From the NCBI GenBank assembly GCA_002238785.1, contig MPNA01000009.1, forward strand, positions 8,189 through 72,188: a stretch of 64,000 bases of DNA, given 5' to 3'. The stretch comes from a bacterium OM1 bin76. Its GTDB lineage: Bacteria; Actinomycetota; Acidimicrobiia; Spongiisociales; ZC4RG35. Of this stretch, positions 49,134-60,500 are shown piece by piece. The notes below the pieces were generated by a model. It ran no database searches. It was not told the origin of the DNA and saw only the letters and a program-made list of their open reading frames with translations. The translations under genes were made by a program, and so were the position numbers. Numbering within the stretch: position 1 is the first letter of the stretch; each line of letters begins with the position of its first letter.

Positions 49134-49987
49134 CGGGCTGCCTCCATGGCCAGTCTCTCGAGCCAGCCCGAAGTCAGACTCGGATACTGGGCGTGCAGGT
49201 CATGGTGGGCGTCCAGCCAGATCACCCGGCCGTCGGGGAGGAGATCTGCAAAGCGGGACACGCTTTCTCGCTTGGCGGCTCTCCCTGCCACGGTCTGGGA
49301 AGTGGCAACCACCAGGACCGGGCACCGAATGGAAGGAGCAATCTCGCAAGGTTGATGGTTCCACATCTCACGGAGCAGCAGAAAGTGGTGTTCTCTCTTC
49401 AAATGTGGACGAGCAGTCCCGTCCGGCGCCACTTCGAAATTGGCGAGTTGTCCTCGTACACCGCTCTCAGGCCAACCCGAAAAGTGCTTGCGTAGTCTTT
49501 TCTCCAGATCGGAGTAGAGGACGCCGTCAAAGGAAGGAGGGGCGAGTTGGCGGGCGGCGGTGTCCCAGTCGGGAAGCGTATTGCTCAAGGTTATGAACCC
49601 TCCGTCTATGCAGGCCACCGCGGCGATCCGGGTCGGGTGGCGGTGGGCAAGTTCCAACACCACGTTTCCTCCCAGGGACTGTCCTGCTGCGACGACCGGC
49701 ATATGGGGCGGGAAGACTTCGGTGATTACCTGGGCCAGATCATCGGCCAAGGTGGCGAAGTCGAAGGGCCCGTCTACCTGGTCGGACAGGCCATGGGAGC
49801 GTTGATCAACCGCCACCGAGGAGTAGCCTCTCGATGCCACATGATCGGCAACGCCGTCCCAGAGGTGTGCATTTGATGCCAGGCCATGCACGAAGAGAAA
49901 GGCGACAGGTCGAGGACCCTGCCGGCATACACCGCTGATAGCAACTCCTCGATCGATATGGATTCGTCGCCGTTGCGGTTCTTTCAA
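49130..49987 (-). CDS. Alpha/beta-fold hydrolase
   Basis: Nucleophile elbow GQSLGG, and HGLASN near the N-terminus. Confidence 0.75.
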   Translation of the reverse strand: MKEPQRRRIHIDRGVAISGVCRQGPRPVAFLFVHGLASNAHLWDGVADHVASRGYSSVAVDQRSHGLSDQVDGPFDFATLADDLAQVITEVFPPHMPVVAAGQSLGGNVVLELAHRHPTRIAAVACIDGGFITLSNTLPDWDTAARQLAPPSFDGVLYSDLEKRLRKHFSGWPESGVRGQLANFEVAPDGTARPHLKREHHFLLLREMWNHQPCEIAPSIRCPVLVVATSQTVAGRAAKRESVSRFADLLPDGRVIWLDAHHDLHAQYPSLTSGWLERLAMEAAR

Positions 49988-50088
49988 TGTTGTATCCGCT
50001 CTTTACCTGGTCAGTATCCCCTCAAGTCTGGTGAGGAAACCTGAGAGGAGCATGAGATTTATCGCAACGGTCCGATGGGCTAACATCA

Positions 50089-51366
50089 ATGCCTGTGACA
50101 GCCACCATCGTGTTGGGCGCACAGTGGGGCGACGAGGGGAAGGGCCGGGTAACCGATTTCTTCGCGGAGTCCGCCGATTATGTCGTCCGCTACCAGGGAG
50201 GAAACAACGCGGGACACACCATCACCATCGGTGATGACTCCTATGCTCTTTCGGTGGTCCCCTCGGGAGTGATGTACCCGGACTGCGTTCCCGTGATCGC
50301 TTCCGGTTGCGTACTGGACCCGGCTGTGCTGCTCGAGGAGATAGAGATGCTGAAACGGGAAGGGATCGACCCCAAGCGCCTTCGCATCTCTTCCAATGCT
50401 CACCTGATCATGCCCTATCACCGGGTCCTGGACGGGGTGATGGAACGTTACCTGGGTCGCAACAGGATCGGCACCACCAAGAGAGGAATCGGTCCCGCTT
50501 ACACCGACAAGTACTCCCGGGTGGGCATCCGGGTGCAAGACTTGTTTGACCCCGGGATCTTTCGGAAAAAGGTGGAATCGGCACTGGTGGACAAGAACAA
50601 GATACTCACCAGGGTGTACAACCGCCTTCCCATGGACCCCGGGGAGATAGTCTCCCAGTATCTGGAGATGGCCGATGGTCTCCTTCCCTATGTGACCGAC
50701 ACGTCCCTTCTGCTGTGGGAGGCAATCGCCAATGGGCGGGAAGTGCTGTTCGAAGGCGCTCAGGGGACCCTTCTGGACATCGACCATGGCACTTATCCCT
50801 TCGTCACCTCTTCCAACCCCACGGCTGGTGGAGCACTGATTGGCGCCGGACTGGGCCCCACCGCCATTGACGCCGTGGTGGGAGTGGCCAAGGCCTACAT
50901 CTCCCGGGTTGGGAGCGGGCCGTTCCCTACCGAGTTGTTCGACGGGGTGGGGGATTGGCTGGTGGACCGGGGCCGGGAGTATGGGACGGTCACCGGTCGC
51001 CGGCGTCGCTGCGGGTGGCTCGATCTGGTGGCCCTTCGCTATGCGGCGAGGATCAATGGGTTGACTCATCTGTTCATCACCAAGCTTGACATTCTGTCGG
51101 GCCTGGACACTCTGAGGCTGGCGGTCGGTTATGAAGGCGCCGGGCAGAGCTACGAAGAGTTTCCTCGCCAGCAACGGGTGCTGTACAAGTGCGCTCCCGT
51201 TTACGAGGATTTGGAGGGATGGTCGGAAGACATCACCGGGGCAAGGAGCGTCGAAGACTTCCCGCCTGCCGCGCGCCGCTACATAAGCTTTATCGAGACC
51301 GCGGTGGGAGTTCCGGTGGGATGGGTCTCGGTCGGTCCGGAGCGCAGCCAACTGGTGGTTCGGTAG
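50089..51366 (+). CDS. purA: Adenylosuccinate synthetase
   Basis: GAQWGDEGKGR P-loop, GGNNAGHT, and the rest of the PurA family pattern. Confidence 0.9.
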   Translation: MPVTATIVLGAQWGDEGKGRVTDFFAESADYVVRYQGGNNAGHTITIGDDSYALSVVPSGVMYPDCVPVIASGCVLDPAVLLEEIEMLKREGIDPKRLRISSNAHLIMPYHRVLDGVMERYLGRNRIGTTKRGIGPAYTDKYSRVGIRVQDLFDPGIFRKKVESALVDKNKILTRVYNRLPMDPGEIVSQYLEMADGLLPYVTDTSLLLWEAIANGREVLFEGAQGTLLDIDHGTYPFVTSSNPTAGGALIGAGLGPTAIDAVVGVAKAYISRVGSGPFPTELFDGVGDWLVDRGREYGTVTGRRRRCGWLDLVALRYAARINGLTHLFITKLDILSGLDTLRLAVGYEGAGQSYEEFPRQQRVLYKCAPVYEDLEGWSEDITGARSVEDFPPAARRYISFIETAVGVPVGWVSVGPERSQLVVR

Positions 51367-51383
51367 CTCTGAAAGGGGAACCT

Positions 51384-52562
51384 TCAGATTTGACTGGAGA
51401 GGGGTGAAGCGAGGTCACCCTTTGCAGACACGGTTATCTTGTTTGCGCCGAGCCACTCAGCCATCTCGGAGAGTTCTGCGGCCAGGTTTCGGCACACCCT
51501 GTCCGCATCGATACCGGCCTCGCCGTAACAGCCCAGGACCCGCAGTCGCCGGCCTTTGCGGTCCAACTTGAGGTCCACGCGGGCCACCATCGTGTCTCCG
51601 AGCAGGAAGGGCAGCACGTAGTAGCCGTAAACCCGCTTGGGGCGGGGGACATAGATCTCAATCCGGTAGCGGAAGTCGAACAGTCTCTCCAACCGGGGCC
51701 GGTACCAGACCAGAGGATCGAAAGGGGAGAGGAGCGCCCGTCCCACCACCCGGCGGGGAATGACGGCATCCGGATCCAGGTACGCCGGCTCCGACCAACC
51801 CTCAACTTCCACCTGCAGGATCTCACCGGAAGTGACCAGGTCGGTGAGTGCCGCGCGGGCCGGCCGAATCCGCAAGCGGTAGTAATCGGCCAGAGCGGCT
51901 GCGGTTCCCACCCCCGATTGCGCGATTGCCAGCCGCAGGAGTTGGCGGAGGGCTTCCGGCTCCTCAATCGGCGGTTCGGCCATGGCCGCGCCGGAATGAA
52001 CTCGTTCGGGAAGGTCGTACCATCGGATGAAACGGCGCCGGTCGGAGACGGTTACCGCGCCTGTCCAGAACAGCCACTCCAAGGCCCGTTTACCCATCGA
52101 GTGTCCCCACCAGGACCCTCCGGAGGTGCCCGGTTCGCTCAACTCCGAGGCGCGCAGGGGCCCTTTCTCCGCTACTTCCCGGTGCACCTGCTGCACATAG
52201 CCGGGGTTGTCGTAGTTGACAGACTCGACCCATCTGTGCGGTGTCTGGCGCATGCGGTGGACGAAGAGCGGGCGATGGCTGATCGATATCAGGGACCGTT
52301 CGTGTCCCCAGTACTCGAAAAGTTCCTGAGATGTCCACAGCCATCGGTCGAGGCGGTGGCGGGGATAGGCTCCCAGCCTCGAATAGAACGGGAGGTAGTG
52401 GGCCCTGGCCAGCACATTCACCGAATCCAGTTGGATGAGACCGGTGCTTCGCAGGACCCTTCGATAGTGGCGAACATCCAGCTTTCCGGACGGTCGGGCT
52501 CCTGCCAACCCGGTTGCGGAGATGGCAAGCCGCCGGGCTTGGGAGGTCGAGAGTCGTGTCAT
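51384..52562 (-). CDS. Winged-helix DNA-binding domain protein of the AlkZ/YcaQ family (putative interstrand-crosslink DNA glycosylase)
   Basis: Characteristic YcaQ-family N-terminal region (RLAISATGL ... IQLDSVNVLARAHYLPFYSRLG) and QxQ-region architecture. Confidence 0.65.
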   Translation of the reverse strand: MTRLSTSQARRLAISATGLAGARPSGKLDVRHYRRVLRSTGLIQLDSVNVLARAHYLPFYSRLGAYPRHRLDRWLWTSQELFEYWGHERSLISISHRPLFVHRMRQTPHRWVESVNYDNPGYVQQVHREVAEKGPLRASELSEPGTSGGSWWGHSMGKRALEWLFWTGAVTVSDRRRFIRWYDLPERVHSGAAMAEPPIEEPEALRQLLRLAIAQSGVGTAAALADYYRLRIRPARAALTDLVTSGEILQVEVEGWSEPAYLDPDAVIPRRVVGRALLSPFDPLVWYRPRLERLFDFRYRIEIYVPRPKRVYGYYVLPFLLGDTMVARVDLKLDRKGRRLRVLGCYGEAGIDADRVCRNLAAELSEMAEWLGANKITVSAKGDLASPLSSQI

Positions 52563-52859
52563 GGCGCCAACCGGACTTGACTTGCCACTCGGGAGGCGGG
52601 TCGGGCTGGGGAGTGCATCTGAGGGGAGCCTATATGCCGTGTCACAGGAGGATGAACACCTACCCCGGTTGGGCGCTGTTGTCCCAGGCGTCTGACGCGT
52701 CGTATTCCTACAGGCGGTTTGGCGAGGTTCGCAGAGTGGTGACGAGCCGCAACTCCAGATGGGACAGCCGACCCAGACAGCCCGTTAGTGCTCGGAGTCC
52801 TTCGCTTCGGGTGGGTAGGCTCCAGTAGGCAGTGGGATTGTGGTACCCGGTCGGACGAG

Positions 52860-54167
52860 ATGATTGATCGTTACACACTACCGGAAATGGCCGAATTGTG
52901 GTCTCCGGAACGCCGCTTGGCCACTTGGAAGAGGGTGGAGGAGTTGGCGCTGGAGGCTTGGGCACTGCAGGGAGTGGCCCCGTCGGAAGCGGTCACGGCC
53001 ATTCGAGAAGCGAGGGTCCCCACCCCCGAGCAGGTAGCAGAGCGGGAAGCCGTCATTCACCACGATCTTGCCGCGTTCGTTGATGTCCTGGCCGCCGGAA
53101 TGGAGAGCGGAGGGGAGTGGGCTCACTACGGGCTGACATCTTCGGATGTGATCGACACGGCTTCCGGGGTGATCATGGGCGAGGCGGCCCAGGTGTTGGT
53201 GGCTGGGGTTGAGAATCTGTTCTCGGTGATCAGGCGGGAAGCCTTGGTACACCGAGACACCCTCATTCTGGGTCGTACTCATGGCATGTGGGCCGAGCCG
53301 ACCTCGTGGGGTTTGAAGCTTGCCAACTGGGCCTTCCAACTGGCCAGGGACCACGAGCGGTTGAGTGCTGCCCGCAGAGCGGTGGCGGTGGGAAAGGTGA
53401 GCGGGGCGGTGGGCACCTATTCGCAATGCCCTCCCGCCATAGAGGAGTATGTATGCGGGGGGCTTGGAATCGGGTCCGAACCGGCCTCCACCCAAGTTAC
53501 CGCCCGGGATCGCCATGCGCAACTGCTGGGGGCAATCGCATTGGCGGGGGCCTCGCTGGAGCGTTTCGCCACCGAGATCCGATTACTGCAACGCAACGAG
53601 GTGGCGGAGGTTGCGGAGGGCTTCCGGCCCGGCCAGAAAGGCTCTTCGGCCATGCCCCACAAGCGGAATCCCATCTCGTCGGAGCAGATGGCCGGAATGG
53701 CCCGCCTGCTGCGAGGTTATTCAATGACGGCCTTGGAGAATGTTGCGCTATGGCATGAGCGGGACATAAGCCACTCCTCGGTGGAGAGGATCATCCTCCC
53801 CGATGCATGCACGATCCTCCATTACATGCTGGCGACCTTTACCGGGGTGATGCAACGCCTGGAGGTCAACACCGACCGGATGCGGGCCAACCTGGACGCC
53901 ACCGGTGGACTGGTGATCAGCGGCGCGCTGCTGTCGGAACTGATCAGTGTGCAGGGCCTTAGCCGCAACCGGGCCTACCGGATCGTGCAACGGGCTGCGC
54001 GGGAAGTGATGGACAGAGGGGGAACTCTGGGGGAGAGACTGGCTTCTGACCCCGAAGTCACCGTCCCTGCGGCCAGGTTGGCAGAACTCTCCGACCCCAC
54101 CCGTTTCCTGGCCGGGACCGGGGTGGTCTTTGAGCGACTCCGTGGCCTTGAATTCTGCCGCTCCTGA
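52860..54167 (+). CDS. purB: Adenylosuccinate lyase
   Basis: Lyase_1 family fumarate-lyase signature (GSSAMPHKRNP). PurB N-terminal MIDRYTLPEMAELWS. The start coordinate is within about 1 nt. Confidence 0.9.
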   Translation: MIDRYTLPEMAELWSPERRLATWKRVEELALEAWALQGVAPSEAVTAIREARVPTPEQVAEREAVIHHDLAAFVDVLAAGMESGGEWAHYGLTSSDVIDTASGVIMGEAAQVLVAGVENLFSVIRREALVHRDTLILGRTHGMWAEPTSWGLKLANWAFQLARDHERLSAARRAVAVGKVSGAVGTYSQCPPAIEEYVCGGLGIGSEPASTQVTARDRHAQLLGAIALAGASLERFATEIRLLQRNEVAEVAEGFRPGQKGSSAMPHKRNPISSEQMAGMARLLRGYSMTALENVALWHERDISHSSVERIILPDACTILHYMLATFTGVMQRLEVNTDRMRANLDATGGLVISGALLSELISVQGLSRNRAYRIVQRAAREVMDRGGTLGERLASDPEVTVPAARLAELSDPTRFLAGTGVVFERLRGLEFCRS

Positions 54168-54372
54168 GAATTCATGGAGGTTTGATCCCATACCTGACCC
54201 CGTTACCGACCCGACCGGTGTCCCTTGCCACTGACCCAAGTCAGCGCCCATGAGCCTGTTGACTTGGTTGAGGTGTTACGAAAGGGCTGTGGATTCTGAC
54301 ATGACCATGCGGAGCGCTTATACCGACCCATTAAATCCGGGTCAAGGAATCAAGACAGAATAGCCTTGCGAC

Positions 54373-55611
54373 ATGACCTCCTCCTTGACTTGGCTTGACT
54401 ACTCGGAGAAAGACCGGCGTCGTGCCATTGAAGTCATCGACCTGTTTCGGGAGACCGGTACCCTCGACGAGCTTGGGGTGGCCTCCGTTCGCAACAGCTT
54501 TTCGGACCTGTTCTTCCCCGGGACCAGCACGGTCCAGACTCGGGCGTGCTATCTCCTGCTCGTACCGTGGACATTCCTGCGGCTCGAACGGTTGAAGTTC
54601 TCATCAAGCAAGGTCGAGGCGAGGGCTCGGCAGGCAGAACTAAGACTCAACCGGAGGATGCTGGCAGGGGACGACAGTCGGGGCGTGTTCGGGTCCCAAG
54701 CGGGGGATGCTCTGAAACGGCTCCCGAGCGAGGTCTATTGGGGTGGGCTCCGAAGTTGGGGTATCTTTACGTTCTCAGGTCATAAGTGGGCATACTTCCG
54801 ATCGCTTGACGGTTTCTACCGAAGTCGCGGCCGGTTTCAGAGCATGTCGCCAGATGCGGAGGGCAGGAGCGCTCCCCCAGCGAACTGGCACCCCCACCTC
54901 CCTGTCCCTCCGTCCGGATTCCCCTATAAGAACGTCTCGGTGACACTCCGCCGCCAGGATGCCGAGTATCTCAGGGAACGGATCCAGGCCCGGCATCCCG
55001 AGAGTCTTTTGGCTGTGCTCGCAGGCCGGGCTAAACCGGAGGACCTCCAGGTGAACCGACCGTGGCACCTTTACCACTTGAGGGAGATGACGCCAGCCCT
55101 TGTAGTGCAGTTGCGCGACGCCGAGTTATTCGCGGTCTGCATGCAAGGGGCGGCCCTCCTCTACAACCTCATGCTCTCCGAACTGCAGCAGCATGAGCAG
55201 CGCATCGAGACCTACCGCAGCGAACTAGAGAATTGGGCCGCCGCCGCTAATGGGTTGGCGACGGCTATTGAGGATTGGCGATTGGATGGGGTGTGGCGGG
55301 TAGTTCGAGCACAGGGCAGGTCTCCGGCTTTTCCGATGCAGTCCTTTGTGGAGCGCTGGGTTCGAAACCTCAGGCGGGGTGGGCCTGAGGCTATCGTCCC
55401 GACCAACTCCGCGGCGCGGGGTCTCGTGCGGGAGCGTGAGGCGCAACTCAAGCGGGGTCGTGCGCGGTTATCAAGTTCTCGGCATCTCGAACTGTGGGGC
55501 GGACGGTCCGGCACGGGACGGATGACCTACCGGTGGCGCGTAGCCAAGGGGCTTCTCAAGGACATCTTCGATGGGCTGGCGCGGAGCGAGGGCGATGCTG
55601 GGAACCCGTGA
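54373..55611 (+). CDS. Hypothetical protein, first gene of a putative three-gene helicase/PLD defense-like operon
   Basis: 412-aa ORF, ATG start, no recognisable motif. Lower GC3 than the flanks. Its 3' end overlaps the next gene. Confidence 0.55.
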   Translation: MTSSLTWLDYSEKDRRRAIEVIDLFRETGTLDELGVASVRNSFSDLFFPGTSTVQTRACYLLLVPWTFLRLERLKFSSSKVEARARQAELRLNRRMLAGDDSRGVFGSQAGDALKRLPSEVYWGGLRSWGIFTFSGHKWAYFRSLDGFYRSRGRFQSMSPDAEGRSAPPANWHPHLPVPPSGFPYKNVSVTLRRQDAEYLRERIQARHPESLLAVLAGRAKPEDLQVNRPWHLYHLREMTPALVVQLRDAELFAVCMQGAALLYNLMLSELQQHEQRIETYRSELENWAAAANGLATAIEDWRLDGVWRVVRAQGRSPAFPMQSFVERWVRNLRRGGPEAIVPTNSAARGLVREREAQLKRGRARLSSSRHLELWGGRSGTGRMTYRWRVAKGLLKDIFDGLARSEGDAGNP

Positions 55612-57502
55612 GCGGACCCTCCTTCTTGATAGCCTGCGCCCCCCACCCGGCTATCGGCTGCGGCGCGCGGTAGGGACTAGCTTCACGCTGGACCTAATGG
55701 CACTTCTGACAGCGCCACTTGCCTTTACATTCTTCGATGCCCACGACCAAGATGGCGCGCCCGTGGCCGACCCTGTGGCTTTGCTCGAGGCGCTCCGGCG
55801 GCATGCCGAGAAGATCACGCTCTTTTGTCAGGCTGGTGCGATCGGTGTGCCGGGGCCGGACCAGCCACTCTTGGCTTACCTGGAGGGCTCGGTCATTGAA
55901 GTTCAACCGCGCCAGGAGGGAGGGATCTTCCATCCGAAGCTTTGGGTGCTCAACTTTCAGGCTGAGGAGCGGCCAGCTATCTACCGTGTATTGTGCCTAT
56001 CCCGCAACCTGACTTTCGCCCGGACATGGGATACTTGCCTTCGCCTACAGGGGCGACTTGTAACACGCCAGCGCGGATTCGGGAGGAACAAGCCGTTCGC
56101 GGATCTGCTTTTGGCGCTCCCAAAGCTGGCAACACGATCGGTTACGGCAGAGTCTCGGGAGGACCTCAAGCGAATGGCCTACGAGATTCGGAGGGTGAAA
56201 TTCCAGACGCCCGGATCCTTCCAGGATTTCCGTGTCCACAATTTCGGCCTGGGGCGTAGGCGTGGATGGCCTTTTCCAAAAGGTGGGCGGGGCCTTGTGG
56301 TTTCGCCTTTTATCAGCGGCTCCACTGTTCGAAATCTCGTTCATGATCACGGACTCGATGTTCTTATTTCCCGTCCGGAGGCATTCGAGGATGTAGCCCG
56401 TGGGACGGGACGAGAGGTTCTGCCTACGGAGTGCTACGTCCTCTCCTCCGCTGCGGATCTCAACTCCCGAGACGGGGAGGAAGAAAAACCACAAGACGGA
56501 TCGCCACCTCTTGAAAACGAGGTCGAACTATCGGGCCTCCACGCTAAGTTGTTCCTGTTCGAGAACGGCCGGGAGTCTCATCTGTTCGCAGGTTCGGCGA
56601 ACGCTACTGACGCCGCCTTTCGCTCCAACATGGAGGTGCTGGTTGAACTGGTTGGAAGGACGAAGGATTGCGGCATCGCTTCGTTCCTCGGTCCGGAAGA
56701 CGACCCGAGGCTCGAAACCATCCGATCGCTACTACAAAGCTATCGCCTACCAGATTGTTTGGGACCGGAGCCACCCGAGAGCAAATCGAAAGAGAGGGTC
56801 GACCGGTTGGCGCGGATCCTCGCGGCTGTACCGCTCACCGCGAAAGTCTGCGAGATAGATGAGGGGCACCGGTGGGATATGAGATTGTCTGGAGTCTTTA
56901 CGGGGTTCCCCGCCGGAGTAGAGGTCAAGGTGTGGCCCGCGACACTCTCTGCGGAGGCGGCCCAGCGGATTGCGGATCCGGCCGGGCAGCGAGACGAGAC
57001 AGATGGTTGGACCAACGATCCGATGGACCCGGTGGCCATCTTCAAAGGGCTCTCCTTCGAGGCGCTGACCACCTTCTTCGCCTTCGAGGTTTCGCTGCGG
57101 GAAGAATCGCACAAAGTTCGACGTCGCTTCGTAGCCACCGCTGAGTTGATAGGGGCACCTGAAAACCGGAGGGAGCGCTTGCTGCGATCACTCTTGAAAG
57201 ATCGCCGTCGCGTGATCCAGCTCTTATTCCTCATCCTCATGGGTGAAGGCGCTGACGTGTCAGTGTTTGTGCGGGCCGCTAAGGATGGTGAAGACGCTTT
57301 CCGGGGATCCTTCGGAGGTTGGGACCGGGAGGCCCTGCTTGAGGCTCTTCTCCGGTGCCTGAGTCACAAGCCGACGCGAATCGACGAGGCCGCTGCGTTG
57401 ATTGCCGACTTGACAAGGACGCCGGAAGGAGAGGACCTTCTCCCTGAGGGTCTGAACGAGATATGGGAACCAGTTTGGGCGGCCCGTCAGGAACTGGAGT
57501 GA
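55595..57502 (+). CDS. Phospholipase-D-family (dual HKD) nuclease-like protein
   Basis: Two HKD-type motifs: FHPKLWVLNF and LHAKLFLFENGRESHLFAGSANATDAAF (HxK...GSxN). A good ggagcgaggg RBS before the ATG at 55595, with an alternative ATG at 55571. Confidence 0.7.
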   Translation: MLGTRERTLLLDSLRPPPGYRLRRAVGTSFTLDLMALLTAPLAFTFFDAHDQDGAPVADPVALLEALRRHAEKITLFCQAGAIGVPGPDQPLLAYLEGSVIEVQPRQEGGIFHPKLWVLNFQAEERPAIYRVLCLSRNLTFARTWDTCLRLQGRLVTRQRGFGRNKPFADLLLALPKLATRSVTAESREDLKRMAYEIRRVKFQTPGSFQDFRVHNFGLGRRRGWPFPKGGRGLVVSPFISGSTVRNLVHDHGLDVLISRPEAFEDVARGTGREVLPTECYVLSSAADLNSRDGEEEKPQDGSPPLENEVELSGLHAKLFLFENGRESHLFAGSANATDAAFRSNMEVLVELVGRTKDCGIASFLGPEDDPRLETIRSLLQSYRLPDCLGPEPPESKSKERVDRLARILAAVPLTAKVCEIDEGHRWDMRLSGVFTGFPAGVEVKVWPATLSAEAAQRIADPAGQRDETDGWTNDPMDPVAIFKGLSFEALTTFFAFEVSLREESHKVRRRFVATAELIGAPENRRERLLRSLLKDRRRVIQLLFLILMGEGADVSVFVRAAKDGEDAFRGSFGGWDREALLEALLRCLSHKPTRIDEAAALIADLTRTPEGEDLLPEGLNEIWEPVWAARQELE

Positions 57503-60500
57503 TCACCCCAAGAGTGGGCGAGCGCCCCGACACCAATGCCGTGCTCAACGGTTTGAAGGGGTTCCAGCGAGACACTGTCGAGTACGCATTCGAGCGGCTC
57601 TACCAGGCGCCGGACTCTACGCGCCGCTTCCTGGTTGCCGACGAGGTGGGTCTGGGGAAGACGCTCGTGGCTCGGGGGGTAATCGCCAAAGCTCTCGATC
57701 ACCTTTGGGACGGACCCAGAAGGGTTGAGCAGATCGACATCGTTTACATTTGCTCCAACGCGCAGATTGCCAGACAAAACGTTCGTCGGCTTCAGATCGG
57801 TCGCGGCAAGTTTGTCCGGGCCGCCCGGTTGGGGCTGTTGCCGCAGGAGATCCATGGGTTAAGGGAGAACAGAGTCAACTACCTCGCGCTAACACCCGGA
57901 ACCTCCTTCAACCTGAGGAGCAGTATGGGTACGAAGGAAGAGCGGGTCCTCCTGTATCACCTCTTGCAACGCGTATGGCCGGACTCACGCAAGGGTCCTA
58001 TGAACCTTCTTCAAGGGACGGTGAAGAGGACAGATAACTTCCGCTGGCATCTGAAAGAGTTCAGGCGTTGGAAGAGCGTCGACAACGATCTCGCGAGAGT
58101 CTTCGAGCGGCGACTCATTGAGGAGGGAGAGGGTCTCCGAGGACAGTACGAGGATCTCTGCAAACGATTCTGGCGCAGCCGAAAGCGGGTCCCGTGGCAT
58201 GACCGGCGAAGGCAGATATCCTTCATCGGCCGGCTTCGCACGATGTTGGCCGAGGTCTGTGTCACAGCACTTGAGCCCGACCTCGTGATCCTGGACGAAT
58301 TTCAGCGTTTCAAGCAGTTGCTCGACGGAGGGGATACCACGGCGCTCTTGGCGAAACGGCTCTTCACCTATTCGGACGAGACGACCGACGTTCGTCTCCT
58401 GCTCCTCTCGGCGACCCCCTACAAAATGTACACGTTGCATCACGAAAGCGCCGAGGACGACCATTACGCGGATTTCCTGCGGACCGTAGAATTCCTTGAC
58501 CCGGATCTCAAGAAGAGTGGCACCCTCCGTGGCCTCCTGGATGACTACCGGCAGGCCATGTATCGGATCAAGTCAGGTACAGAGGAACTGCAGCGGATCA
58601 AGGAAGAGATCGAAACCCAGCTCCGCCGCATCATGTCGCGTACAGAGCGGCTTCGAGTCTCCGGGGACGCCCAAGGCATGTTGCGCGAAGTTCCGAATTC
58701 GGGGCTGCAACTCACCCCGGACGATGTAAGGGACTTCTTGGCTCTTCAAGAGATCGGCTACGCAGTGGGACAGCCACGGGTCCTCGAATACTGGAAATCG
58801 GCACCATACCTTCTGAGTTTCATGGACAACTACAAGTTGAAGTCGGAGGTTCTAGCGAGGCTTGACAAGCCAGTGGATGGCGGACTGACCAACCTCTTGT
58901 CCGAAAGCGGACGGGTGTTCCTTTCGTGGGAGGACGTTGAAGCGTACGCTCGACTGGACCCTGCCAACGCTCGTCTGCGGAGCTTGCTCATTTGGCTGGA
59001 GCGCGGCGAGGGATGGAAGCTGCTCTGGCTACCTGCCTCGCTTCCCTATTACCGGGAGTCCGGCGCCTGGAAGGCGGCCCGCGAGCAGCAACTCTCCAAG
59101 CGTTTGATCTTCTCAACCTGGGGCGTGGTTCCCAAAGCCATAGCGAGCATGGTGAGCTACGATGTAGAACGTCGGATCTTCCGGCGCTTCGACAATTCGG
59201 TCCTAAACAGTCCGGAGGAGCGAAAGAAGCGCCGCCCCCTGCTTCGCTTCGCCTATGCGAACGAGCGCCTCACCGGAATGCCGGTCCTAGGCATCCTGTA
59301 CCCCAGTCCCAGCCTCGTCTCACTGGGTGATCCTGTCCCTGTGCCGCAGGACGGGGCTACGTTGGAAGACGCCATTGCCCGTGCCCGGGCGCGGCTCGAA
59401 CCGCCTCTCGGCAGGATTACGGCGCCGTACCTCGACAAACTACGCCAGGACGAGAGTTGGTACTGGGCGGCGCCGATCCTGCTTGATCTCGAGAGACACG
59501 GCGAGTCGACCAGGGAGTGGTTCGCCCGCAGGGATCTTGCACACCGGTGGAGCGGCGCGAAGAAGGAGGACGACGATGAGGGTTCCCGGTGGGTGGAACA
59601 TGTCAGAGAAGCAAGAAGGTTCGTAGACACGGCTTATAGCGGACAGACGGAACTCGGTCGACCGCCCGCGGACCTCTTGGATGTGCTAGCGACGCGATCC
59701 GTGGCTGGCCCTGCGACGACCGCGCTCAGGGCCCTCATACGTGCCTCGGGACCGGAAGCGTCGGTAACCTGCGCGGCCCGGGACGCGGCCGCCTGGATCG
59801 CCTGGAGCTTCCGGGCACTATTCAACCTCCCGGAAGCGACTGCGCTCATCCGAGGAGAGCGGCCCGGGGACGAGACACCCTACTGGCGGCAGGTGGTGGA
59901 TTACTGTGCGGCAGGCAACCTCCAGGCTGTGCTGGACGAGTGGGTTCACACGCTACGGGATCTCGAAGGACTCTTCGCAGCTACGGAAGGGGAAGCCTGG
60001 GAAAGGCTGGCCTTGGTAATGTCAGGAGCGATCTCGCTTCGCACGGGCGCTCCCCGTGTGGACGAAATCCAATCTGGCGATGGTTCCGCGCGGATTGAGA
60101 GCCGCCGTCTACGCAACCACTTTGCCATGCGCTTCGGTGCACAGGAGGGAGACGATGGCAAGGCGGGGGCTCGAGAAGGACAGGTGCGTCAGGCATTCAA
60201 CTCACCCTTCTGGCCTTTTATTCTCGCTTCCACTTCGGTTGGCCAAGAGGGTCTGGATTTCCATGCCTACTGCCATTCCGTCATGCATTGGAACCTGCCA
60301 TCGAATCCGGTCGATCTCGAGCAACGTGAAGGCCGTGTTGATCGCTACAAGGGTCATGCAGTGCGAAAGAACATCGCCGCCAAGTACGGGGGCGACATCC
60401 TCTGCGGCAAGTCGGAGGACGTGTGGTCGGCCCTTTTCGAAGCGGCGCGGGAGCAATCATCCAGCGGACGCGGTCTCGTTCCGTACTGGCTCTTCCCACT

